NCBI GenBank assembly: GCA_038054875.1
Contig: JBBUJK010000029.1
Coordinates: 7,442-71,441, forward strand
DNA from: Patescibacteria group bacterium
GTDB taxonomy: Bacteria > Patescibacteriota > Patescibacteriia > 2-12-FULL-57-11
Reading direction: 5' to 3'
Length of the DNA stretch: 64,000 bases
Under the pieces are notes generated by a model. It did not search any database and had not been told where the DNA came from. It saw only the letters and a program-made list of their open reading frames with translations. The translations under genes and the position numbers were made by a program. The first letter of the stretch is position 1; every line of letters begins with the position of its first letter. This document shows positions 28,915 through 38,458 of this stretch, piece by piece.

Positions 28915-29896
28915 ATTCCGTCATACCTACGAAGAGATTACTTCTGTCGAGAACCTGCTTGAAGCATGGCTGGAGTTCGTGTGCGGCAAGCGAGGACGGG
29001 CCGACGTCCAGGCGTATGAGCTGGACCTGATGGGCAACCTGTTCGCGCTTCATGAACGGCTTGCCGCGATCACCTACACGCACGGACCATACGAGGCGTT
29101 CACCGTCTCGGATCCGAAAACAAGGAACATCCACAAAGCCACCGTCACGGACCGCGTCCTCCACCGGGCAGTGTACCGGAAGCTGTACCCCTTCTTCGAC
29201 CGCACGTTCATCGCCGACTCCTTCTCCTGCCGGAACGGCAAAGGGACGCACAAGGCGCTCGACCGCTTCCGCACCTTCGCCCGTCGCGTTTCCAGAAATC
29301 ATACGCGGACCGTCTGGGTGCTGAAATGCGACATCCGCAAGTTCTTCGCTTCCATTGATCACGTCGTACTGCTCAGGCTGCTCGACGAACGCATTGAAGA
29401 CAAACGCATCACGTGGTTGCTCGGGCGAATCGTCGGTAGCTTCTCATCGACGCGTTCCGGAGTCGGCCTGCCGCTCGGCAATCTCACCTCGCAACTGTTC
29501 GCCAACATCTACATGAATTCGCTCGACCAATTCGCCAAACATTTTCTCAAAGCAACGCAGTACATCCGCTACGCCGATGACTTTGTCATCCTCTCGCATG
29601 ACCGACCGTATCTTCTCGCGGTGCTCAACCTGACCCGACAGTTCCTTCGCGAACGCCTGCATCTCGAACTTCATCCCCAGAAGGTCACGATCACCACTGT
29701 CGCATCCGGCGTGGATTTTCTGGGATGGGTGCACTTCCCGGATCATCGCGTGCTGCGGAACGCGACAAAGAAACGGCTGATGAGAGCAATCTCTCAACAC
29801 GCAGATCGTGCGACGCATGCCTCCTATCTGGGATTGCTTCGCCACGGAAACGCGCATACTCTTCATCAATGCATCACACGCGCGATTGGGAATTGA
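28904..29896 (+). CDS. DGR-type reverse transcriptase
   Basis: DRVLHRA, KCDIRKFF, GLPLGNLTSQLFAN, YIRYADD, DFLG; 330 aa with no evident endonuclease domain. Confidence 0.96.
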   Translation: MRSIFRHTYEEITSVENLLEAWLEFVCGKRGRADVQAYELDLMGNLFALHERLAAITYTHGPYEAFTVSDPKTRNIHKATVTDRVLHRAVYRKLYPFFDRTFIADSFSCRNGKGTHKALDRFRTFARRVSRNHTRTVWVLKCDIRKFFASIDHVVLLRLLDERIEDKRITWLLGRIVGSFSSTRSGVGLPLGNLTSQLFANIYMNSLDQFAKHFLKATQYIRYADDFVILSHDRPYLLAVLNLTRQFLRERLHLELHPQKVTITTVASGVDFLGWVHFPDHRVLRNATKKRLMRAISQHADRATHASYLGLLRHGNAHTLHQCITRAIGN

Positions 29897-29936
29897 CTTT
29901 TTCACTTCGCGTGCTAACGTCGCCGCGGAGGACAAC

Positions 29937-30980
29937 ATGAACGACGTGACCGCGCAATTCGGCACGACGGACGGCAGGTTCGCCGCCCGCTTACCGGACA
30001 TACTCCGGGAGGTCTGCGCCGCGACCGGTTTTGAGCCGGGGGAGGAGATCTGGCGGGGACGGGTCGTGGCTGCAGAGAAGGTGGCCACGCAGATCGTCTC
30101 TGGGACATGGCAGGGGAAGCCCGCGGCGTTGAAGCTGCAAGGAATCCCGTTGCAGTTTGAAGAGGCGGAGTTGATCCGTCGCTTCACCATCATGAACGCG
30201 TCGGAGCGCATCCGCGCGCCACAGGTCTACCAACACGAACCGTGGGACGCCTCCCGCGGGTACGGTTGGACGATCATGGAGCTCGTCCAGATGCGACTCC
30301 CAATCTACAGCCCGCCGGACGCGCCGGAGCGGGCCCGTCGTCGGTTCGCGGATTTCTACGTGGAATTCCACGGCAAGACGGCCCAGCATCCATTCTTCCC
30401 GAACGAGGAGCCGATGCTCGACACGCCGGCGTTCCTGGAGAAGCGCCTCCTGACCTGGCTCGACATCAACGCGACGGCGCCGGAGCACAACCGCATGCTC
30501 GTCGGCGAACAGCGGGCGCTCGTTGCCGCATACAAGTTGCAGATTGCTGCGCGCGGTCCCGAGCTGCCGATGATTTTCACGCATGGCCATCTTGGCCCGC
30601 GCGACATCGTCTGCGAGGGTATTGGAAAGTACGTTCTGTTCGGCCATGCCTTCTGGGGTTGGCGGCCGCTGTGGTATGACCTGGCGTTCAATGTCTGGAT
30701 CAACCTGATGGCTGCGGGCGAGCATGCAGTGCCCTCGGATGTCGGGCTCCGACAGATCGTCGAAGACTGGGCGGCGACCTACGCGCAGCTGCCCATGGCG
30801 ATGTCAGACCACCACTTCATCCGGAACTTCCGGTTCATGATGATCGAGCGGTGCATCGGTGCGCTGCTCGTGGACATTCCCGCCGGCGTACGCAGCGCAG
30901 AAGGGGAGCAGGCGCGTTCCGGACACCGCGAGGCAGTGTATGTGCTGGCACGGCGCATGCTCAAAGAACTCGGGGGATGA
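29937..30980 (+). CDS. APH/choline-kinase-like fold protein with degenerate catalytic motifs
   Basis: AALK, WTIMELV, FTHGHLGPRDI, WYDLAF; GGAGG SD. Confidence 0.6.
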   Translation: MNDVTAQFGTTDGRFAARLPDILREVCAATGFEPGEEIWRGRVVAAEKVATQIVSGTWQGKPAALKLQGIPLQFEEAELIRRFTIMNASERIRAPQVYQHEPWDASRGYGWTIMELVQMRLPIYSPPDAPERARRRFADFYVEFHGKTAQHPFFPNEEPMLDTPAFLEKRLLTWLDINATAPEHNRMLVGEQRALVAAYKLQIAARGPELPMIFTHGHLGPRDIVCEGIGKYVLFGHAFWGWRPLWYDLAFNVWINLMAAGEHAVPSDVGLRQIVEDWAATYAQLPMAMSDHHFIRNFRFMMIERCIGALLVDIPAGVRSAEGEQARSGHREAVYVLARRMLKELGG

Positions 30981-31105
30981 GACCGCTTTGACAAGCGGCT
31001 CTTTTTTTGCTATACTACAAACATCCTCAAGAAGGTTCCGGGCAAAACTCGGCCGTAGGTCCGGCGGAAACGGATCAAAAACAAACATTGAAGGGAGGTG
31101 ACGAT

Positions 31106-31489
31106 ATGGAAACAAAAACACAAACGTGGCTTACTTCGCTATGGTTCGGCAAGAATGGGAATACCATGGAATCACTGCTCTTCGCAGTCTTCCTCTTCTT
31201 ATTCTCCTTTGCCCTGGCGATGGCGCCAGACGCGATGCGCCCCGGCGCACAAGTCGTTGTTGGCACGGCCAATGGCATCGGCCACGGCTATGAAATGACG
31301 ATTCGCCGTCTCGATCGCAACGTCGCGGTGCTTCCGGAAATCACTGCCGGCATGCAGCGCGAGATCGGAACGCGTTTCGAAGCAATGCAGGCGCCGAACT
31401 CGATCAGCAGGACGGTCGCCTTGCTCCAAATGCCTTCGACGAAACTTATTCGTTGGCAGGGAACGAGCGTAAATCGTCCCTACCGCTAA
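31106..31489 (+). CDS. Hypothetical membrane protein
   Basis: GGAGGTG SD, TTGACA-17 bp-TATACT promoter near 30988, one TM segment. Confidence 0.65.
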   Translation: METKTQTWLTSLWFGKNGNTMESLLFAVFLFLFSFALAMAPDAMRPGAQVVVGTANGIGHGYEMTIRRLDRNVAVLPEITAGMQREIGTRFEAMQAPNSISRTVALLQMPSTKLIRWQGTSVNRPYR

Positions 31490-31718
31490 AGAGGTTGTCG
31501 CTTGCGGGTCTTCGCCGCGCGCACCTCTTCCCGCCCGCGGCGAGTCTCCAGCAAGGGACTCCGCGCCCGGAACAACCCATCCGCGGGAAGCGCCTCATGG
31601 GGGGCCAGCGGATAGGCAGTTCCAGACCGCGCGCAGCGCGTTCCTTAACAATTGAGGAGGAAACAAAAACAAAATATCCCGCACCGCGGGATTTTTTGTT
31701 GTGCTATACTTTCCCTAT

Positions 31719-31943
31719 ATGCCGCGCCTCCTTGATCCCGCCCCGCACGTCCCCGCACGCCGCTTTTCGGACGGCGCGCGCGGGCTCGTCGTCGCGATCG
31801 CGCTCGTGCTCGCCGTCGCGTGGTACGTGGTGATCGGTGAGCAGGCCCGTGCCGTCCACGTCGAAATGCGGAACCTTACGGCGCGTCTCGACCGGTTCAC
31901 CGTGCGTGCCGAGGCCTTCGAGCGCGATCTGGCGCGGCCGTGA
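31719..31943 (+). CDS. Small hypothetical membrane protein
   Basis: TATG start, one TM segment followed by a short coiled coil. Confidence 0.55.
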   Translation: MPRLLDPAPHVPARRFSDGARGLVVAIALVLAVAWYVVIGEQARAVHVEMRNLTARLDRFTVRAEAFERDLARP

Positions 31944-31987
31944 TACGTTGCGCCCCCCGCAGTTCATCGTTACACTCGGGGGACGCT

Positions 31988-34411
31988 ATGAGATACGACC
32001 ACGTCTCACTCGAAAAGAAATGGCAGGAGCGCTGGAAGGCGGAGCAATCTTTTGTCGCGCCAGAGCGTCCGTCCGGAAAGAAGACCTACATCTTGGACAT
32101 GTTTCCCTACCCCTCGGCGCAGGGGTTGCATGTCGGCCATCCCGAGGGCTACACCGCGACCGACATCATTGCACGCAAGCGCCGCATGGAAGGTTTTTCG
32201 GTGCTGCACCCCATGGGGTGGGACGCCTTTGGTCTTCCCACGGAAAATTACGCGATCAAGGTCCAGAAGAACCCCAAGGAGATTGCCGCCGCCAACATCG
32301 AAAATTTCCGGCGGCAGATTCAGTCGCTCGGGTTTTCGTATGATTGGGCGCGCGAGGTGAACACCGCGGACCCTTCTTACTATAAGTGGACGCAATGGTT
32401 GTTCCTGAAACTCTTTGAGCGCGGTTTGGCATACAAGGCCACAGCGCCAGTCAATTGGTGTCCCAAGGACCAGACCGTGCTTGCGAACGAGCAGGTCGTG
32501 AATGGGTGTTGTGAGCGTTGCGGAACGTCGGTGGAACAGAAGGAATTGTCGCAGTGGTTTTTTCGCATCACGGCCTATGCCGATCGGCTTTTGGCCGGCC
32601 TCGAGAACCTTGACTGGCCGGAGCGCATTGTGGCCATGCAGCGCAACTGGATCGGCAAGAGCGAAGGTGCCGAGATTGTTTTCTCTGGCATCACAGAATC
32701 GGGCCGACAATTTTCTTTGCCGGTGTTCACAACGCGGCCGGACACGTTGTATGGCGTCGTTGCCATCGTGCTCGCGCCGGAGCATCCGCTCGTTGCGGAG
32801 ATCGTCGCATCGGATTTTAAAGAGAAGGCTGAACTCTTCACCGCCGCGGTCACCGCGCGCGCCGAACGCGAACGCATCGAAGCCGAGACCAAGGAAGGTG
32901 TTCCGCTCGGCGTGCATGTTCGTCATCCGCTGACCGGTGCATTGGTTCCGGTTTGGATCGCCGACTACGTGCTGCCGCAGTACGGCACAGGCGCAGTCAT
33001 GGTCGTTCCGGCGCACGACGACCGGGATTGGGCTTTCGCGAAGACGTATGGATTTGATCCGTTGTTTGTCATCGCTCCACCGTCAGGCATGAATCCGTAC
33101 GTTGCGGATAAGAAGGAAGGTGCCTACACCGCCGAGGGCATCATGGTGCACTCCGGTCCCTATGACGGACTCATCAATCGTCAGGCGGCCACGGACATCA
33201 CGGATGCGCTTGTTGCGGCCGGTGTCGGGAAGCCCGCCGTGCATTGGCACCTGCGCGACTGGCTTGTTTCGCGTCAGCGGTATTGGGGTGCGCCGATTCC
33301 GATCATCTTGTGCGATGACTGCGGCGAAGTGCCCGTCCCGGAAAAGGATTTGCCCGTGGAATTGCCCGACGATGTCGACTTCCGGCCAACCGGCGAATCG
33401 CCGCTCGTGCGATCAAAGACGTTTCATGCGGTATCGTGTCCGACATGCGGCAATCCGGCGCGACGCGAGTCCGACACCATGGATACGTTCGTTGATTCGT
33501 CCTGGTACTTCCTGCGCTACGTCTCTCCGCACAATGACACACAGCCGTTCGACAAAAAGGACATCGCGGCCTGGTGCCCGATCGATCTTTACGTCGGCGG
33601 TGCCGAGCACGCCGTGTTGCACTTGCTGTATGCGCGGTTCATCACCGCCGTTCTCTCCGATCTCGGGCTTGTGCCATTCACTGAACCGTTCACGACCTTA
33701 AAGAACCAGGGGCTCATCCTTGGTGAAGACGGGCAGAAAATGTCCAAGTCGCGCGGCAATGTCGTGAGTCCGGATGAGGTCGTGGCAATGCACGGCGCGG
33801 ATACGCTTCGGCTCTACGAGATGTTCATGGGGCCGTTCGAGGATGCGAAGCCGTGGAGCACGCAGGGGATCGTCGGCGTGCGGCGTTTCTTGGAGCGCGC
33901 ACACGGGATTGCCGAGCAGGTTGCTCCGGGATCGGACGACGCGCTGCATCGTCTTACTCACAAGACGCTTGCCAAAGTGTCTGCCGACATCGACGGCTTC
34001 CGTTTTAACACTGCCATCTCCGCGATGATGGTGCTCGTGAATACATTCGGAAAGGCCGCGCACATCCCACAAGAAGATTGGGAGTTATTTGTGAAGATGC
34101 TTTCTCCGTTCGCCCCGCACTTGGCAGAAGAGCTCTGGGAGCGGCTCGGATACGATGAGAGCGTGGCACGCCAGAGCTGGCCCATCGCCGACGCCGTACT
34201 ACTTGTTGAGGATGAAGTGAAGATTATCGTTCAGATCGACGGCAAAATGCGTGACGCGCTCATCGTGCCCGCGGACATCGACGAGGAGACGCTCAAAGGT
34301 CTTGTTTTGGCGTCGAAGAAGGTGCAGACCTGGATTCACGGTCACCCCATTGAAAAGATCGTCGTCGTCCCCGGACGACTGGTGAGTATCGTGTTACAAA
34401 AGGCCGCCTAG
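31988..34411 (+). CDS. leuS: Leucyl-tRNA synthetase
   Basis: MFPYPS, HVGH, editing domain (TTRPDT, GTGAVM), KMSKS. Confidence 0.98.
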   Translation: MRYDHVSLEKKWQERWKAEQSFVAPERPSGKKTYILDMFPYPSAQGLHVGHPEGYTATDIIARKRRMEGFSVLHPMGWDAFGLPTENYAIKVQKNPKEIAAANIENFRRQIQSLGFSYDWAREVNTADPSYYKWTQWLFLKLFERGLAYKATAPVNWCPKDQTVLANEQVVNGCCERCGTSVEQKELSQWFFRITAYADRLLAGLENLDWPERIVAMQRNWIGKSEGAEIVFSGITESGRQFSLPVFTTRPDTLYGVVAIVLAPEHPLVAEIVASDFKEKAELFTAAVTARAERERIEAETKEGVPLGVHVRHPLTGALVPVWIADYVLPQYGTGAVMVVPAHDDRDWAFAKTYGFDPLFVIAPPSGMNPYVADKKEGAYTAEGIMVHSGPYDGLINRQAATDITDALVAAGVGKPAVHWHLRDWLVSRQRYWGAPIPIILCDDCGEVPVPEKDLPVELPDDVDFRPTGESPLVRSKTFHAVSCPTCGNPARRESDTMDTFVDSSWYFLRYVSPHNDTQPFDKKDIAAWCPIDLYVGGAEHAVLHLLYARFITAVLSDLGLVPFTEPFTTLKNQGLILGEDGQKMSKSRGNVVSPDEVVAMHGADTLRLYEMFMGPFEDAKPWSTQGIVGVRRFLERAHGIAEQVAPGSDDALHRLTHKTLAKVSADIDGFRFNTAISAMMVLVNTFGKAAHIPQEDWELFVKMLSPFAPHLAEELWERLGYDESVARQSWPIADAVLLVEDEVKIIVQIDGKMRDALIVPADIDEETLKGLVLASKKVQTWIHGHPIEKIVVVPGRLVSIVLQKAA

Positions 34412-34426
34412 CGCGGCCTTTCTTGT

Positions 34427-35257
34427 ATGCGCGCCATACTGCTCGTCATTGCCGTTCTGCTTGCAGGGGCGGGATGCGTGCCATTGCAAACTCCCCCTTC
34501 CCCCTCTTCGCAAGAGGGGGTTGCCGGAGCATCACTCCCCCTTGTGAAGGGGGAGACGGAGGGAGTCCCTGAACTGCGCGTCCCCGTCCTCATGTACCAC
34601 CACGTCGGCACTGTACCCGCGCGTGATCCGTACGGGCTGTTCGTTTCGACTTCGACCTTCCGCGCCCAGATGCAGGCGCTCAAGGACGACGGCTGGAGCG
34701 TCGTGACCATGCCGGCGCTTGCGGACGCGCTCGAGGGAAAACAAACGCTGCCGAAAAAATCCGTTGTCATCAGTTTCGACGACGGCAACCGCGACACGTC
34801 CACGGGTGCATTCCCCATACTCCAGGAATTCAGATATGACGCAACGGTCTTCGTCATGACCGGTCCGTCCGGCAACAAGGCCGCGTCTTATCTGCCGCCG
34901 GATCTGCTGCGCGAGTTGATGGACGCGGGATGGACGATTGCGCCGCATACCCGCTGGCATGAGACGCTGACGCGTGTACCAGAAGCGCTTGCCCGCGAAG
35001 AGGTCGTTTCGTCGGTCGAGTTTCTTGCGCGCGAGGTCGGCGTGCGCGAGCCGTATTTTGCGTATCCAAACGGCGAAGAAAACGAAACGGTGCGCGGTTT
35101 CCTGCGCGAGGCCGGTATCCGCTATGCCTTCACCATTCACGAGGGTGTGGTGACGACGTCGAGCGATCCGTTGGCTTTGCCGCGGCTGCGCATGGGAGAA
35201 GATTACGGCGTCCAGAAATTTCTGGAACGGTTGCGTGCCGCTGCGGTACGTGGCTAG
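34427..35257 (+). CDS. Polysaccharide deacetylase family protein (exported)
   Basis: VPVLMYHHV, ISFDDG, HTRWH, FAYPNG, LPRL; signal ending GAGC. Confidence 0.9.
   Translation: MRAILLVIAVLLAGAGCVPLQTPPSPSSQEGVAGASLPLVKGETEGVPELRVPVLMYHHVGTVPARDPYGLFVSTSTFRAQMQALKDDGWSVVTMPALADALEGKQTLPKKSVVISFDDGNRDTSTGAFPILQEFRYDATVFVMTGPSGNKAASYLPPDLLRELMDAGWTIAPHTRWHETLTRVPEALAREEVVSSVEFLAREVGVREPYFAYPNGEENETVRGFLREAGIRYAFTIHEGVVTTSSDPLALPRLRMGEDYGVQKFLERLRAAAVRG
34490..34568. repeat. REP-like family A copy in frame inside the deacetylase gene
   Basis: Inverted relative to the 23767 and 37094 copies; encodes TPPSPSSQEGVAGASLPLVKGETEGV. Confidence 0.8.
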
Positions 35258-35268
35258 ATAGATGCACT

Positions 35269-37092
35269 ATGTGCGGCATCATCGGCTACATCGGCAATCG
35301 CCCGGCCACGCCCTTCCTCATCGAAGGACTGCATCGTTTGGAATACCGCGGGTATGACTCCGCCGGCGTGGCGCGTCTGACGCCGACAGGGCTTGTGCTT
35401 TCCAAGGCGGCCGGGAAAGTCGCCGAGCTTGCCGCGCTCCTGCCGGCTGATGCGACGGAGACGCTGGGCATTGCCCACACCCGCTGGGCGACCCACGGCG
35501 CGCCGTCCGAAGTGAACGCCCACCCGCACCTCGACTGCACCGGGAAAATCGCCGTCGTGCACAACGGCATCATTGAGAACTATCAGCACTTGAAACGCCG
35601 GCTCGAAGACGAAGGTCACCGCTTCCTGTCGGAAACCGATACCGAAGTGTTGCCCCATCTGATTGAAAAGCATTACCGCGAGAATTTGGGCGAGGCAGTG
35701 CGCCTGGCGCTGCAGGAAGTGCGGGGCGCCTATGCCGTGGCCGTTGTCGCCGCCGACCAGCCGAATTTGATCGTCGCGGCACGTCGCGGCAGCCCGCTCG
35801 TGCTCGGCGTCGGCACGAACGAACACTTCATCGCCTCCGACGTCGGTGCAATCCTGCAGTTCACCAAGGATATCGTATATTTGAACGATGGCGAGCTGGT
35901 GCGTATTTCCCGCGAAAGATTCCGTGCCATGACGCTCGACAATATCTGGGTTGAAAAGGAAGTCGAACACCTGACGCACGAAGCCGACAAATACGAGAAA
36001 GGCCAGTGGCCGCACTACATGCTCAAAGAAATGCATGAGCAGCCGGAAGTCATCCGGCGCGCAGCCATGGGGCGCGTGCTCGTGGATGACGCCATGGTGC
36101 GTTTCAGCGGGTTGAACCTGACGCTCAGCGAGCTGCGCGCCAAGCGGCGCGTCGTCATCATCGGTTGCGGCAGCGCGTCCTACGCCGGCATGGTCGGCAA
36201 GTACCTCTTTGAAGAGTTCGCGGGCATTCCCACGGACGTGGTTGTTGCCAGCGAGTTCCGCTACAAGCGCATCCAGGTGGAAGACGATGCGCTCGTGCTT
36301 GTCGTGAGCCAGTCCGGCGAGACCGCCGACACCCTGGCCGCGTTGCGCGAGCTCAAACGGAAAGGGTTGAAGGTCTACGGCATCTCGAACGTGCTGGGCT
36401 CCTCCATCGCACGGGAAACAGACGGCGGCATTTTCATCAATGCGGGTCCCGAGATCGGCGTGGCATCGACCAAAGCATTTTTGGGTCAGCTCACCGTGCT
36501 CACCCTGCTCGCATTCTTGATGGGCCGGTTGCGGGAGATGTCCGTTGCCGACGGCCGCGAGGTGTTGCGCCAGCTCGGCCAGGTTCCCGGCATCATCGGC
36601 GACCTGTTGGCCCGGCGCGCCGAACTCGCTCCGGCGGTGGCGCTCCTCAAAGACGCGCCGTCGGCGTTTTACCTTGGCCGCAAGATGACCTACCCGATCG
36701 CGCTCGAGGGCGCGTTGAAGTTGAAGGAGATCGCCTACGTCCACGCCGAAGCGTATCCGGCCGGGGAGATGAAGCACGGACCGATCGCGCTTCTGACCGA
36801 CACCTTCCCGTGCGTGGTGCTGGCACCCAAGGACAGCGTCCGTGAAAAGACGATTTCGAACATCCAGGAGATCCGCGCCCGTTCGGCGAAGATCATCGCG
36901 ATCGGCACGGCGGGCGACGAGGAACTCGCGGCGCTCGCCGACGTCTTCTTCCCCATCCCCGAGATCCACGAAATGCTCCTGCCGCTCGTGACGCTCATCC
37001 CGATGCAGATGTTGGCCTACGAAACCGCCGTGGCCAAAGGATACGACGTCGACAAGCCGCGCAATTTGGCGAAGAGCGTGACCGTTGAGTGA
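35269..37092 (+). CDS. glmS: Glutamine-fructose-6-phosphate transaminase
   Basis: MCGIIG, HTRWATHG, SQSGETADT, PRNLAKSVTVE. Confidence 0.98.
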   Translation: MCGIIGYIGNRPATPFLIEGLHRLEYRGYDSAGVARLTPTGLVLSKAAGKVAELAALLPADATETLGIAHTRWATHGAPSEVNAHPHLDCTGKIAVVHNGIIENYQHLKRRLEDEGHRFLSETDTEVLPHLIEKHYRENLGEAVRLALQEVRGAYAVAVVAADQPNLIVAARRGSPLVLGVGTNEHFIASDVGAILQFTKDIVYLNDGELVRISRERFRAMTLDNIWVEKEVEHLTHEADKYEKGQWPHYMLKEMHEQPEVIRRAAMGRVLVDDAMVRFSGLNLTLSELRAKRRVVIIGCGSASYAGMVGKYLFEEFAGIPTDVVVASEFRYKRIQVEDDALVLVVSQSGETADTLAALRELKRKGLKVYGISNVLGSSIARETDGGIFINAGPEIGVASTKAFLGQLTVLTLLAFLMGRLREMSVADGREVLRQLGQVPGIIGDLLARRAELAPAVALLKDAPSAFYLGRKMTYPIALEGALKLKEIAYVHAEAYPAGEMKHGPIALLTDTFPCVVLAPKDSVREKTISNIQEIRARSAKIIAIGTAGDEELAALADVFFPIPEIHEMLLPLVTLIPMQMLAYETAVAKGYDVDKPRNLAKSVTVE

Positions 37093-37093
37093 C

Positions 37094-37187
37094 GGACTCC
37101 CTCCGTCTCCCTCTTCGCAAGAGGGAGGGAAACCCGGGTAACCCACCTCGGCAGCCCCCTCTTTGTGAAGAGGGGGGAAGGGGGAGT
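37094..37187. repeat. REP-like family A copy
   Basis: Same double hairpin as 23767-23843. Confidence 0.8.
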
Positions 37188-37194
37188 ATGGACC

Positions 37195-37351
37195 TTGACA
37201 ATTCGGGCTTTTTCTGTTATATTTGGCCGTTGTGGAATGCGGCGTTTTTGGGCTTTTGGAAGGCCTTAGGACGCCGCTTTTCACAGGTGAGCCGATTCCG
37301 GGGCGTTTCCCGGAGGAGGTCAGCCGAGGCGGTGACAGGAGGGTGAGCCAC
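37195..37351 (+). promoter_or_regulatory. Promoter and structured leader homologous to 27165-27345
   Basis: TTGACA-17 bp-TATATT-x-GGCCGTTGT, an 18-position stem, ACAGGT and a second covarying hairpin. Confidence 0.75.
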
Positions 37352-38206
37352 ATGGCCAGCCTTTTCGATCTGGGTCTGGGTGAGTTCGACGAGTTCAAGC
37401 GCATCGCCCACAAGGCGGGATTCAGCGCCGAGCTGATCCGCAAGGTGAACGGCGACCCCGAGCTCGCCGTCGTCGCGCGCGCGGCCATCGAGGCCAAGCT
37501 CGCGGAGATGGCGAAGCCCCGCTTCGTCCTCTCGGTCTACGAGCAGTTCCGTCGCTTCAGTGCCGCGAACAAGGCACAGGGCTGGGGCTTCGACGCAGAG
37601 GTCTTCGAGAGGCTCGCGGCGACGGTGCCCGAGTGGCCCGAGGGCAAGCTCTGTGTGCGGTCGCTGCGGATCCGCATCGGCGAGGGAGCCGCGGGGGCCG
37701 CCACGACCTTCGAGGCCCACGCCGCGGAGATCCAGCGCGTCTTCTCCAGCGAGAAGTACTGGCGCTGGGAGCATCTGCGCTCCGCACCCCACCCCTACGA
37801 GGGGGCGGACCCCAAGCTCCAGAAGCGCTTCGGGGACAAGCCGGTGGAGCGCCTCCGGCTCCTCGCGGGCAACGACACACACAAGCCCGTGGTCGAGTGG
37901 GTCGTGATCGACCTCGACGCCCACCGGAGCCGCAGGAGCATCACGGCGGTCCGCGACAAGAAGTCGTCGCTGGCCGACGAGCTGCTCGTCGTCGCCTGGA
38001 TGTTCCCGGAACTGATCCGGGCCATCGACTACGACGAGGTCCCCGGGCTGTTCGCCGGCGGCTACGAGCTCAACGTTCCCGAGGAGGACGGCGAGGGGTG
38101 GCGGGACGTGCCGTGCGTCGTCTTCAGCGGCAGTCAGGTGGAGCTGGGCGCCGGCTGGCACTGCGACGACGGCTCGTACGACTCAGTTCCCGCCCTGCGG
38201 GAGTGA
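37352..38206 (+). CDS. Hypothetical protein, probable remote DGR target
   Basis: Shares N-terminal domain, leader and post-stop motifs with 27346-27993. Confidence 0.65.
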   Translation: MASLFDLGLGEFDEFKRIAHKAGFSAELIRKVNGDPELAVVARAAIEAKLAEMAKPRFVLSVYEQFRRFSAANKAQGWGFDAEVFERLAATVPEWPEGKLCVRSLRIRIGEGAAGAATTFEAHAAEIQRVFSSEKYWRWEHLRSAPHPYEGADPKLQKRFGDKPVERLRLLAGNDTHKPVVEWVVIDLDAHRSRRSITAVRDKKSSLADELLVVAWMFPELIRAIDYDEVPGLFAGGYELNVPEEDGEGWRDVPCVVFSGSQVELGAGWHCDDGSYDSVPALRE

Positions 38207-38458
38207 AGGGACTTGATACTGGGTCCCTCGGGGCTTTCACACGACTTGGTCTTCGGACCTCGGCGTGCGGGAGCCCCATTCTTTTTGATATGATGTGCAT
38301 GGAGAGTAGGTTCATGAACCGCCGTTTACGGATGTCGGTCACCGAAATCTCTTGTCGCCGCACGTAAGAACTCGTAGGATTCTTCGCTCCGCTCAGAATG
38401 ACAACAGCGCTTGGACTTGACATCTGATGCGATTCGTGGCGCGGCATACTAGAGAGGT

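Larger units (their letters stand above)
27346..29896. mobile_element. Diversity-generating retroelement cassette (target/VR, TR, avd, RT)
   Basis: All four components present; VR/TR mismatches are adenine-specific. Confidence 0.96.

Noticed and set aside
28904-29896. RT as a group II intron, retron or CRISPR-associated RT
   Set aside because: The GNLTSQ motif, short length, adjacent Avd and TR/VR pair identify a DGR; no cas genes or intron domain V were seen.
31030-31085. GGGCAAA-containing leader as a c-di-GMP-I riboswitch
   Set aside because: It lacks the GAAA tetraloop/receptor and the GCAAAG core arrangement.
38090-38206. 3' end of the 37352 gene as a second VR of the local TR
   Set aside because: It does not align with 28352-28480. 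Its NNC codon bias alone is expected at high GC, so a different TR is required.
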